A stretch of 32,000 nt of DNA from an uncultured delta proteobacterium (GCA_963766255.1 CAVXZZ010000037.1:16960-48959), one strand, 5' to 3'; positions 23,854-32,000 are shown, counted from the first letter of the stretch. Notes: generated by a model not told the origin, from the sequence alone. Numbers and translations are program-made.

Positions 23854-25284
23854 TCAACCACAGCGACGGGGCGTCTCCCACCAGGCGATGATGGAGCCAA
23901 GTCGCTTAAAACAAAGTTTTTCCCTGCGCTCAATCTCCCTGATCCATTGCCCCAGTCCCGATGCGTGGTGGATGATCAGGGGGGTGCTGTGAGGAGGTAA
24001 GATATCGTTTTGCAAGCCATAAAGGGCAATGTTTTTTTGAATGCTTGCTGCCGTCTCGCCGGTATCCCAGGGCGTGGGGTGTATGAATCCGTGGATGGCA
24101 CCCTCTCTGGACGCGTATCCCAGCTGCTTGGGGAATTCTTCTTTCAACTGCCTGATATGACGAACCGTGTCGATATTTTTCCTGACATCCAGTCCCTTAT
24201 TGAGATTTTTCAGAATGGTATCGTCAAAGGATTCAAATCCAATGGAACTCAAAAGCACATAAACTCCCTGTTCACCGCCTATCATCAGCGCCTGCTTTAA
24301 ATGCCGGATCCCTGTCATCAGCCAATCCGCCCTTAGGGTGAGGTTTATTTGTGAAAGTTTAATGCCCCGGGAACTGACTTCTCTCATTATATCGGGCAAA
24401 CCCGGCAGCGGGTTCTCATTGATGAGTTCAAAGGGGATTTTCCTGCCATCTGCGGCTTCGGGCAGACACTGAATTTGACTGAACACCGTCTCGCCGTCCA
24501 GTTTTCCGAAATACCCTTTGTCAGCGGCCACATCACAGAAGCTGCACCCCTTTAAAGATAGTTTGATAGGCTTTCCCTGACCTTCGTTAATGGAAACAGG
24601 GTAATCGATCTCCAGCGGGGTTGTCCTGGTGGCGTGGGGGCATCCAATGTGCTGCAATACTTGACCCAGGCCGATATCAATAGGCACAAGCCCCTCCCCT
24701 GCTGCTTTGTATATATTATTCCAGCGAACTTTTCCCAGATACTCGGAATTCCATTCATTTGGCGGATTTTGTATGAAGTTGCCGTTGGGGTCGATATACA
24801 AAAGACCGGGGATCCGTGGCCATTCTTCTTTTCCATCGAGGTGATCTAAAAGCTCGACTACCTGCTCCGCCGGCCCCTGCAAACCAAAGTGGAAATTTTC
24901 AGACAAACCCTGAAATCGATGCGGATGATCCTGCCATCCCTCCTCGCCGACAAAATCAACATTGGCCTGGGGTCCTGCAAGCAGGGTGACGGCACCTTCA
25001 CCCTTAAGCTCTTTTGCCAGGCCGAAAAGGTCCTCGCGGCCACTCAGAGCAGAAAATCCAACCAGCGGCCTATTGGTGCCAAAGTAATCCGCCAGGTGTT
25101 TCTTGAGAACGGCCCGGTCATATTCCCGGGTAACAGCGATGACGATACACTCATAGGGGCTATGATCCTGAATAATGGTGGCGGCCATTTGAGGACCCAG
25201 GAGGCCATAATTTTCATTTTCAAAATAGCCAACGATAATGGCCATTTTCTTCCCGGAGCGGTTGTCTTTGTTGAACTTTATCAT
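23854..25284 (-). CDS. B12-binding-like domain / radical SAM domain protein with atypical cysteine spacing
   Basis: 476-aa ORF. The true start may be the ATG at 25245 (MAIIVGYF). It has an N-terminal Rossmann-like cobalamin-domain-like segment. The radical-SAM core contains KGCSFCDV and IGFESFDDTILKNLNKG. The only upstream Cys of the triad is in HIGCPH, giving C-x31-C-x2-C. Confidence 0.6.
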   Translation of the reverse strand: MIKFNKDNRSGKKMAIIVGYFENENYGLLGPQMAATIIQDHSPYECIVIAVTREYDRAVLKKHLADYFGTNRPLVGFSALSGREDLFGLAKELKGEGAVTLLAGPQANVDFVGEEGWQDHPHRFQGLSENFHFGLQGPAEQVVELLDHLDGKEEWPRIPGLLYIDPNGNFIQNPPNEWNSEYLGKVRWNNIYKAAGEGLVPIDIGLGQVLQHIGCPHATRTTPLEIDYPVSINEGQGKPIKLSLKGCSFCDVAADKGYFGKLDGETVFSQIQCLPEAADGRKIPFELINENPLPGLPDIMREVSSRGIKLSQINLTLRADWLMTGIRHLKQALMIGGEQGVYVLLSSIGFESFDDTILKNLNKGLDVRKNIDTVRHIRQLKEEFPKQLGYASREGAIHGFIHPTPWDTGETAASIQKNIALYGLQNDILPPHSTPLIIHHASGLGQWIREIERREKLCFKRLGSIIAWWETPRRCG

Positions 25285-25300
25285 CAGATTTTTTTAAAAG

Positions 25301-25388
25301 GAATGGATTCGATTTTTATTAACAGCTTTTTGACAGGATTTACAGGATTTACAAGATTTTTTTCTTTTTCATTTCCCTGAAGGAAATG
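25301..25388. repeat. Half-copy (one arm plus hairpin) of the 16635-16911 element
   Basis: gaatggattcgatttttattaacagctttttgacaggatttacaggatttacaagatt (25301-25358) aligns with both arms of the 16.6-kb element. It is followed by the hairpin catttcc-ctgaa-ggaaatg (25370-25388), which has the same ctgaa loop. Confidence 0.6.
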
Positions 25389-25498
25389 AAAAAACTTCAT
25401 GCGATCTATCGAATAATATACTGCCAGATCGGAAATGGAATGGTTCTGGGATGTCTGCCGGTCGGAGGAAGAGATAGGAAGCGGCAATGAACTATAAA

Positions 25499-25529
25499 GG
25501 GAGGTCTCCGCACAGAACAGAGACCTCCC
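25499..25529 (-). terminator. Hairpin downstream of the ferredoxin gene, possibly a terminator
   Basis: 10-bp stem gggaggtctc (25499-25508) / gagacctccc (25520-25529). On the minus strand it is followed only by tttatagtt, a weak U-tract. Confidence 0.4.
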
Positions 25530-25568
25530 CGGTAATTTAATTAAGAACTCTGGGCTGAAGATTATCAG

Positions 25569-26066
25569 CTAAATCTGGGCCTGCAAATCAGCAGCCTGCT
25601 TGCCGGCATCCGATACCCGCTGGGCAGCCTTTCGGCTTTTTCGAATGGCCACTTCGCCCGCGTCAATAAATTCTACGGCCTTCACGTCACAGAACCTGAC
25701 GCACTGGGGATCACCGTCACAGACGTCGCATTTGAGAACCCGCCGATCGGTGGTATTAAAATTCATGGCGCCAAAGGGGCAGACGCTGACACATGACCGG
25801 CAGCCAATACAGGTATTGTGGTCAACGGACACGCGGCCCAGCTCCTCATCCCGGGAGATGGCCTTGACCGGACAAACAGTTAAACAGGGAGCATCCTGGC
25901 ATTGCTGGCATGTCATCGGAATGTAAAGGCCTATGGCCTCCCATTTAAGCACCCGGATCCGACTCCTGGCAGGATTGGATATCCCATCATGGGAAACAGA
26001 GCATACCAGCTCACACAGCCTGCAGCCTGTGCATTTCTCGTGATCGACAAATAATACTTTAGCCAT
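25569..26066 (-). CDS. Poly-ferredoxin, four [4Fe-4S] cluster motifs (AOR electron-transfer subunit, AorA-like)
   Basis: 165-aa ORF with four Cys groups: CTGCRLCELVC, CQQCQDAPCLTVC, CIGCRSCVSVC and CDVCDGDPQCVRFC. Confidence 0.85.
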   Translation of the reverse strand: MAKVLFVDHEKCTGCRLCELVCSVSHDGISNPARSRIRVLKWEAIGLYIPMTCQQCQDAPCLTVCPVKAISRDEELGRVSVDHNTCIGCRSCVSVCPFGAMNFNTTDRRVLKCDVCDGDPQCVRFCDVKAVEFIDAGEVAIRKSRKAAQRVSDAGKQAADLQAQI

Positions 26067-26149
26067 TTATTTTCTCCTATCATATAGGCAAAAAACGTTC
26101 AATTAGAGTCTTAAGTGAAAGTTCTTTGCATTTTATGAAAAAACGTATT

Positions 26150-26235
26150 TCACCACAAAGGGCACGAAGTTTCCGAAGAAGGTACAAATTCAAATAATCA
26201 ATTATTATCTTTGTGCTCTGCGTGTTCTTCGTGAT
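26150..26235. repeat. cacaaag/cacgaag low-complexity inverted repeat between the aor and ferredoxin genes
   Basis: tcaccacaaagggcacgaagtttccgaagaagg (26150-26182) faces ctttgtgctctgcgtgttcttcgtgat (26209-26235). Confidence 0.5.
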
Positions 26236-26276
26236 TTAATTCCATTTTGGTTGCCAATTTTTTAACTTAACTGGGA

Positions 26277-28217
26277 TCACACCAAATGTGACGGCTCATT
26301 CTCAAGGCCGAGGGCTTCGAGGGTCTCCGGTTTCGGAACACCGTTTTTATCCAGGCCCTGATGCCCATATAATTCATCCACCATCTTGACAAATTTTTTC
26401 TTATCAATCGTTGTCCCGATAACATCAAGGGCACCCCTTCTGCAGGGTTCATCGAAATAACGGTGGTTGAGCATATCGCCTTTTTCCAAATCATTTCTTT
26501 TCAGCCCTTCCCTCAGATTGAAAAGCCTTTCGATCATATTGCAACGTCGGGCCACTTCCCAGATTTCCTCGGGGGTCATTTCGATGCCGGTATTTAAATA
26601 CAGGACTTTGGACCACTCTTCAAAAGTCGGCAGGGTGACACCCAGAAAAACCGTATGATATTTACAGATACCCAGGCTATCGACTCCCATATACAGGTTT
26701 TCCTGCCAGAATACCTGCCAGGGTTTACCGATGTATTCCGTATGCTCGGAGCTCAACGGCCCGTCATAGGCGACCGGGTTGCTGTAGATCTTTCTTAAAA
26801 CCTCTTCGGGTAAGTGATAAAGATCAATGGCCGGCCGGCTTCTCAAATGATCCGAACCTCTGGATGCCGTGGCGACGTTGAGTGCCAGCGCAGGGGTGGC
26901 TCTTTCATCCGAATGCAGATTGCTCATCCCTTTGACCTGGACGAGATAATCAAATGATTTTTTGCCAATCTTCTTGGAGGCCGGAATGCCGCCATCGGCA
27001 AGGGCATCTCCGATAAAGCCTTTGCGGTAAGCGATCCGTTCGATCATCTCAAGGACGGCCTCGTCATTGCCCCAGCTTAAATCCAGTCCATCGGTCTCCT
27101 TGTCGGTGATAATGCCCAACTCGTAGAGCTCCATGGCCCAGGAAATCAGGCTGCCGGTTTCAAGATTATCCATCCCGTACTGATCGACCAGGTGATTGCC
27201 GGTGAGAACCGTCGTTGACCGCGGGGTATCTGTTTCCGCCCCGAAAGCACCCAGCGAAGTGTACTCCGGCCCTTCGTCATATCTTCCCGCCAGGGGACCA
27301 TCCGGAATTTTATACTGGGCCCGGCAATGCACCTGACAGCCAAAGCAGCCCGTCATATGATAGGGCCCCATGGTCTCTTCACAAATTTCATCGATGCGCT
27401 CGGGCTCGATATCATCGGAATATTCACACTGGTTGTACTGGAAATTACGGGTTCTAACACCGCCCCAGGAATTCGTGGCACCCCAGATAAAGGGAGTTCC
27501 CAGGGTTCCCTGGGTTTGACTTACCTTGGCGCTGGTGATCTGGGAGATGAAGCTTTTGTTGTATTCCAGGGCCTCGACCGGGTGAGCGATCTGGATATCC
27601 ATGGTGCCACGGGCCGAGACGGCCTTGAGGTTTTTAGATCCCATGACACACCCCATGCCGGTACGGCCGGCGGCATTTTTTACCCCGGTCATCACATTGG
27701 CAAACCGCACCAGGTTCTCACCGGCCGGTCCGCATACGCAGCTTTTGATTTCCTCATCCCCCATCTCCTGCCGGATGGCCCACTGGGCATCGGTGACGGA
27801 TTGCCCCCAGATACCGCGGGCATCCCGAATCTCGATCTCGCCGTTGTTGATGTAAATATAAGAGGGATTTTTGGCCTTGCCTTTAATGACAAGGTGGTGA
27901 AACCCGGCCCAGGCCAATTCGGGGGCGAAAAAGCCACCCATATTGGCGCTGCCGAGCATATTGGTCAGGGGCGATTTGGCCATGACGTGCGTTCTTGCGG
28001 TAGCAGAAGCACAGGTGGCCGTCAGGATACCCGCACTGATAATAAGGGCATTGTCCGGCCCCAGGGGATCACAGCCTTTTTTTGTGTGGTTGTAAAGTAG
28101 ATATGCATCCAGACCCCGGCCGCCCAAAAATTTCTTTCTGACCTCGAGCGGGATAGCTTTTGTCTGGATATCACCGGTGGTAAGATCGATATATGCTATC
28201 TTCCTGTTTAAAGCCAT
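26277..28217 (-). CDS. aor: Tungsten/molybdenum-pterin aldehyde:ferredoxin oxidoreductase family protein
   Basis: 646-aa ORF with an AFOR_N-like N-terminus (YIDLTTG...LGGRGL). The C-x2-C-x3-C cluster motif is CFGCQVHC, and the pterin-binding motif DSLGICKY is present. Confidence 0.85.
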   Translation of the reverse strand: MALNRKIAYIDLTTGDIQTKAIPLEVRKKFLGGRGLDAYLLYNHTKKGCDPLGPDNALIISAGILTATCASATARTHVMAKSPLTNMLGSANMGGFFAPELAWAGFHHLVIKGKAKNPSYIYINNGEIEIRDARGIWGQSVTDAQWAIRQEMGDEEIKSCVCGPAGENLVRFANVMTGVKNAAGRTGMGCVMGSKNLKAVSARGTMDIQIAHPVEALEYNKSFISQITSAKVSQTQGTLGTPFIWGATNSWGGVRTRNFQYNQCEYSDDIEPERIDEICEETMGPYHMTGCFGCQVHCRAQYKIPDGPLAGRYDEGPEYTSLGAFGAETDTPRSTTVLTGNHLVDQYGMDNLETGSLISWAMELYELGIITDKETDGLDLSWGNDEAVLEMIERIAYRKGFIGDALADGGIPASKKIGKKSFDYLVQVKGMSNLHSDERATPALALNVATASRGSDHLRSRPAIDLYHLPEEVLRKIYSNPVAYDGPLSSEHTEYIGKPWQVFWQENLYMGVDSLGICKYHTVFLGVTLPTFEEWSKVLYLNTGIEMTPEEIWEVARRCNMIERLFNLREGLKRNDLEKGDMLNHRYFDEPCRRGALDVIGTTIDKKKFVKMVDELYGHQGLDKNGVPKPETLEALGLENEPSHLV

Positions 28218-28218
28218 A

Positions 28219-28479
28219 TCACAGTACTCCCTTCTCTTTTAATTTTTCTTCCGCCAATTTGCGGTTTACATCCCAAACCGGTCCCCGAATGCGGGGCAAG
28301 GTGGGATTGACCCAGTGAACCCGGTATTCCATGCCGCAGGTCGGGCATTTGGCGGTCTTATCACCCTTGCCCGGCTCAATTCGTTCCATGCAGCTGGGAT
28401 TATGGCATCTAAACTTACCATAGGTCCGCTTTTTGAGCAGGCTTGCGGATGTTGACTGGCCTTTTTTCTTGGTTGCCAT
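28219..28479 (-). CDS. Small basic zinc-ribbon protein, translationally coupled to aor
   Basis: 86-aa ORF with a strong SD (aaggaggcgatcATG). The Cys pattern is C-x4-C-x14-C-x2-C (CHNPSC...CPTC). Its TGA stop lies 1 nt before the aor ATG. Confidence 0.6.
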   Translation of the reverse strand: MATKKKGQSTSASLLKKRTYGKFRCHNPSCMERIEPGKGDKTAKCPTCGMEYRVHWVNPTLPRIRGPVWDVNRKLAEEKLKEKGVL

Positions 28480-28681
28480 GATCGCCTCCTTTATGTCTTT
28501 TATCTTCGCTGAGGTTCATTATCCTGAACTTTTTAATCAACCATTTTCATACCACGACAAACCCCACAGATCAAGAGAAAATATCTGTTTTAGTTATTTT
28601 TAAGGCAAATTTTACGATTATACTTATATTTTTCAACCGCTGATTAGAATGTTATTTGGTTGGGAGAAGTCTATAATCATC

Positions 28682-28709
28682 AAGTTTGTTCATCTGAATG
28701 AACAAACTT
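28682..28709. promoter_or_regulatory. Perfect 12-bp inverted repeat, candidate IclR operator
   Basis: The sequence is aagtttgttcat-ctga-atgaacaaactt. It lies in the 470-bp divergent region between the aor operon and the iclR-type gene. Confidence 0.45.
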
Positions 28710-28758
28710 GCTTGGTTGCATCAAAATCCGTAAACAGAATGGCTTTTTCAATCTATTC

Positions 28759-28774
28759 TGTTCATTATTATGAA
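28759..28774. promoter_or_regulatory. Second TGTTCAT-N4-ATGAA palindrome, candidate operator
   Basis: tgttcat-tatt-atgaa shares the half-site TGTTCAT with 28687-28704. Confidence 0.35.
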
Positions 28775-28949
28775 TTAATTTTTTGTACGATCTAATTCTT
28801 AATTTATGATTCAGTGCTAAAATGGATATTCATTTTCCCTGGAATTTAAACCTAACCTATTAATTTTAAGCAGAATTTAAAAGGTTATTGACAAATCCGG
28901 GCATGGATTATATCCTTCAAAAAAAAGTTTATAATGGTGAACGCTAATT

Positions 28950-29723
28950 ATGAAAAAGTATGGAGCACCTTCGGTAAAAAAGGCCTTTGCAATTCTTAGC
29001 GCCATTTCGTCATCCAAAGACGGGATGGGCGTCAGCGATCTGGCAAAGAAACTCAAAATGGCCAAAAGCACGGTCCATGGCATGACCTCGGCCCTGGAAG
29101 AGCTGGGTGCTGTCATGCGATACCCTTTGACAAAAAAGTATAAGCTGGGCTTTGCCCTTCTTGAAATCGGCCGCTCGGCCTATTCCCAGATCGATCTGCA
29201 AACTTCGGCCAGACCGGTCACCGAAGAACTGATGGAAAAAACACAGACCTCGGTTTTTTTGGGCATTTTGAACTGGGACCAGGTGACCATCCTGGACATC
29301 GTTGAAGCGCGAGGGGATCTTAATATTACCGCCCCGGTAGGATCAACCATCCCGCTGTTCGCCGGAGCTGCCGGCAAAGTCTTTCTGGCATCCATGCCCG
29401 ATGAACAGGCGGAAAAAATAGTCCAATCAAAAGGGCTGCCGCAATTTACCGACAATTCCATTGTGGACCCGCAAATGTATTTCAATGAATTGAGGCAGGT
29501 CAGAGAAAAAGGCTATGCCGTCGATGACGAGGAATACATCATGGGTGTCAGGGCGGTGGCATCACCATTGATCGGATTGGGGCAATTGCGGTCAGCCATC
29601 TGGGCGGTGGGGTTCAAGGCCAGTTTGGATGAGAAAAAGATGCAGGTGCTTACCAGGGAAACCCATTTGGCGGCCCAAACAATCAGCCGGCGGATTCAAG
29701 ATCAACTCCTTGGCAAACAATAG
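28950..29723 (+). CDS. IclR-family transcriptional regulator
   Basis: 257-aa ORF with an N-terminal wHTH (GVSDLAKKLKMAKSTVHGMTSALEELGAV) and a C-terminal IclR effector domain (GYAVDDEEYIMGVRAVASPL). Confidence 0.85.
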   Translation: MKKYGAPSVKKAFAILSAISSSKDGMGVSDLAKKLKMAKSTVHGMTSALEELGAVMRYPLTKKYKLGFALLEIGRSAYSQIDLQTSARPVTEELMEKTQTSVFLGILNWDQVTILDIVEARGDLNITAPVGSTIPLFAGAAGKVFLASMPDEQAEKIVQSKGLPQFTDNSIVDPQMYFNELRQVREKGYAVDDEEYIMGVRAVASPLIGLGQLRSAIWAVGFKASLDEKKMQVLTRETHLAAQTISRRIQDQLLGKQ

Positions 29724-29815
29724 AACCCAGCCGAATTAATTCAATAATACCTCGAAGCAAAAATAAGTCACTTTTCGATTTTCTAATATAGCCTTACACT
29801 GGTGGGATAAATATC

Positions 29816-30238
29816 ATGCATAAACATATTATATTCGTTCTAATAATAGCCGCCGCACTGTCGTGCGGACGAAATGAGCCGCTGAGAACTTACGAGCCCA
29901 AATCCCCCCAGGAACAAGCACTGAAAAGCGTTTTGTTAGATTTTCAAGATGGCGTAAACAAACGGGATTCCAAAAAAATTGAAAACCTTATCCACGAAAA
30001 CGCTTCGCTAATGACCGGCAGGGATCGAAAGATACTTTCCAAGACTGAGTATACTAAAATTCTTCCTAAAAGACTTGCTGAAAATCCTTCTATCGCGTTG
30101 GGAATCCCCAAGATAAAAGTTTCCGGCGATGCAGCTGAAGTAAAAATTTATATGACACGTGGCAACTATAATGGACTAATTGTTTACAATATGAAATCAG
30201 AAAACAACAAATGGTATATTCGAAGCTGGAAATATTGA
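29816..30238 (+). CDS. Putative lipoprotein or exported protein with NTF2/SnoaL-like (DUF4440-like) fold
   Basis: 140-aa ORF with a signal peptide ending AAALSC (lipobox-like), then LLDFQDGVNKRD...NNKWYIRSW, which is typical of NTF2-like domains. Confidence 0.5.
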   Translation: MHKHIIFVLIIAAALSCGRNEPLRTYEPKSPQEQALKSVLLDFQDGVNKRDSKKIENLIHENASLMTGRDRKILSKTEYTKILPKRLAENPSIALGIPKIKVSGDAAEVKIYMTRGNYNGLIVYNMKSENNKWYIRSWKY

Positions 30239-30253
30239 TATAGGGAAGGCGCT

Positions 30254-30814
30254 TTGCCAACAATCATAACCCATTCAGTCGTTGCTGGTTCCGCGGCGTA
30301 TGGCTTTCGCCCCGGAAAGGAATCCTTGAAATTCTGGATTTTGAGCATCCTATGTTCGAGCCTTCCGGACGCAGATGTCATCGGCTACCGCTGGTTTTAC
30401 ATATCGTCCTATGAATTGTTCGGGCATAGAGGTTTCTTTCACTCTCCAGTTTTTGCAATACTGCTCAGTATCGTAATAGTTTGCATTTTTTATCGAAAAG
30501 AAGCGTGTTTTTCAAATAGGTGGTGGAAATATTTTCTCTATTTTTTTCTTCTCACTGCCAGCCACGGACTGCTGGATGCTCTTACCAATGGTGGCAACGG
30601 AATTGCCCTGCTATCACCGTTTACCAATGAAAGGTATTTTTTCCCGTGGACGCCCATCGAAGTCTCGCCTCTGAGTATTAAAGGATTTTTAAGCCAACGC
30701 GGTTTCACGGTTCTAAAAAGTGAACTGGTATGGTTATGGGTGCCTTGCCTTTTGATCGTTCTTCTGTTGGGAATAAAACGCAGGAGTTCTAAAGCTCACC
30801 GTATTAGGAATTAA
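30254..30814 (+). CDS. Membrane-bound metal-dependent hydrolase (DUF457, YdjM/YbcI family)
   Basis: 186-aa ORF with a TTG start. It contains the N-terminal ITHS, then DADVIGY and GHRGFFHS motifs, and several TM segments. Confidence 0.65.
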   Translation: MPTIITHSVVAGSAAYGFRPGKESLKFWILSILCSSLPDADVIGYRWFYISSYELFGHRGFFHSPVFAILLSIVIVCIFYRKEACFSNRWWKYFLYFFLLTASHGLLDALTNGGNGIALLSPFTNERYFFPWTPIEVSPLSIKGFLSQRGFTVLKSELVWLWVPCLLIVLLLGIKRRSSKAHRIRN

Positions 30815-30946
30815 GAGATTCAGGAATTTAGAAATTCTGGTATCGGAGAATTAAATCTGCAGATGACAAATAATTCCTAAATGCCCGGTACGGTGATTCC
30901 CTAATTAAAAGATAGCTGAAACTTGATATGAAATGCCTTTAAATAA

Positions 30947-32000
30947 CTACTCACCGTGAAAAACTAATGACTTTACCGTAACCGGAAACACCTGATCACC
31001 TACCAGGGGCTCGCCTATGTCAATCCAATCGCCTTCTTTCAGCTTCAGCTCGTCAAGTGACAGTAAATTTGTTTTGACCTGGGTTTCGCGACGAATGACA
31101 TTTCCCACACTGCATGCAATGTCCGTTTCAAAGATCAAAATGACGGGCAGGTTGTTCTTAATCGTGCTGGCAAGCGCCGCTTCAATGGATTTGGCAAACA
31201 GCTCCATCTGCGGATAAGAAACCCGGACGGGATCCTTGAAATATAAGGCAATAATTTCATCGCCTTCCTCCAGATCAAATCGCTGGAAGGAGGTATTTAT
31301 CTGGGATATCACATGCTCAAAACTTAATTGGGCTTGATCGACATCCACCCGTATGACGGGAACATTCCTGATTGGAAACGATACCTTGTCATCCCTGAAA
31401 CCCGAGCAACCGGAAATTGACAATGAATAAGCACCCGCACCAATGACGGTTGCCCTGATCTTATTGGGCAGCTCAATGACGGGGGCGGATAATTCTAGAG
31501 CCGACAATTTTATTTTATCGGCCAAGAGGTGCCCGATATCGTCAAAATTGTTCAATCCCCCATACATCAATTCAGCCACGCCCCCTGAAAAAGAATATTC
31601 ATCTATGCGGCCCGGGAAATTGAGGTCGGCCGTCTGCATGAGCTGCCGGGCCAGCGGGGAACTAGCGGGACCCGTCATGACCTCAAGCAATATGTCAGCA
31701 AATTTTCCAGCGATTCTTTCGATATCAGCTTTGGAGATGCGGTCTCCGACTTGATGCTTCAATCCAAGATCTGCCATCACCGTTTTTGCCGGCTCGTCCA
31801 TGCGCCAGATTTTTCTTTTCGAATCGATGCCCAGCAAGCGGCCCCCGACCGATACGCAACTGGTCGATAGCGTCTCACCATTTCTGGATATGGCGATATT
31901 GGAGGTTCCACCGCCGATATCGCAGGATAATATGGTTTTGTTTTCATTCTTTGAGCGGGCTGCCGCTCCCGAGCCCATGGCGGCTATTAAACTCTCGAAA
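30947..32000 (-). CDS. eutA: EutA-like reactivating factor (ASKHA ATPase), 5' end beyond the window
   Basis: The reading frame stays open to position 32000. CDIGGGTSNIAISRNGETLSTSCVSVGGRLL, IRATVIGAGAYSLSISG and the C-terminal GDWIDIGEPLVGDQVFPVTVKSLVF are collinear with Salmonella EutA as I recall it. Confidence 0.75.
   Translation of the reverse strand, partial: FESLIAAMGSGAAARSKNENKTILSCDIGGGTSNIAISRNGETLSTSCVSVGGRLLGIDSKRKIWRMDEPAKTVMADLGLKHQVGDRISKADIERIAGKFADILLEVMTGPASSPLARQLMQTADLNFPGRIDEYSFSGGVAELMYGGLNNFDDIGHLLADKIKLSALELSAPVIELPNKIRATVIGAGAYSLSISGCSGFRDDKVSFPIRNVPVIRVDVDQAQLSFEHVISQINTSFQRFDLEEGDEIIALYFKDPVRVSYPQMELFAKSIEAALASTIKNNLPVILIFETDIACSVGNVIRRETQVKTNLLSLDELKLKEGDWIDIGEPLVGDQVFPVTVKSLVFHGE

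Noticed and set aside
23685-23992. ORFs 23685-23933 (minus strand) and 23699-23992 (plus strand) in the gap between the hemerythrin and radical-SAM genes.
   Set aside because: They mutually overlap and are composed of translated cccc/gggg palindromic repeats (PLFQRGE, PFGKGGPGG). They have no SD and no recognisable domain.
25284-25487. A 67-aa ORF whose stop overlaps the radical-SAM ATG (TGATG), considered as a possible RiPP precursor peptide.
   Set aside because: About half of it is the translation of the gacaggatttacaggatt repeat arm and hairpin (NLVNPVNPV...). It has no SD. The more likely radical-SAM start is the internal ATG at 25245. I treat it as a translated repeat.
26277-28217. The AOR-family gene plus ferredoxin, considered as BamB/BamC of the class II (ATP-independent) benzoyl-CoA reductase.
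   Set aside because: No bamDEFGHI-like genes are adjacent. The sequence keeps the standard AOR motifs (CFGCQVHC, DSLGICKY) and, from memory, does not resemble BamB in its N-terminus. An alignment or phylogeny is required to exclude this, so I only call the AOR family.

Overview
The gene content and the intergenic repeat families suggest a chromosomal segment from an anaerobic, probably sulfate-reducing deltaproteobacterium (Desulfobacterales-like); this origin is inferred, not shown. The centrepiece is a plus-strand cluster at about 9.4-18.9 kb. It sits beside a divergent LysR regulator and encodes a phenylphosphate-synthase-like pair (a 618-aa phosphohistidine-domain protein and a 356-aa PPDK_N ATP-grasp protein). 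These are followed by one UbiD-family (de)carboxylase, an aryl-acid type AMP-forming CoA ligase, a UPF0261 (Tm-1 N-terminal-like) protein and the flavin prenyltransferase UbiX. This resembles the anaerobic phenol/aniline activation-carboxylation pathway, but the extra subunits of the characterised enzymes are absent and a UPF0261 gene is present instead. Two more divergent UPF0261 paralogues lie upstream; one is frameshifted, and a Phd/VapC toxin-antitoxin cassette separates them. Other content:
- an archaeal-type riboflavin kinase/HAD/methyltransferase operon
- a heavily frameshifted flavin-reductase pseudogene
- AraC, LysR and IclR regulators and two HD-domain proteins
- a tungsten/molybdenum aldehyde:ferredoxin oxidoreductase operon with a poly-ferredoxin and a small zinc-ribbon ORF
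- a B12-domain radical-SAM protein with an interrupted cysteine motif
- bacteriohemerythrin, and MscL with a zinc-ribbon tail
- a His/Gly-rich exported protein
- a 1152-bp IS with an 8-bp target duplication and a neighbouring MITE-like derivative
- a 5'-truncated eutA-like reactivase at the window edge
Almost every intergenic gap carries low-complexity inverted-repeat elements. No rRNA, tRNA or CRISPR array was seen. All family assignments come from motif recognition by eye and need HMM/BLAST confirmation.
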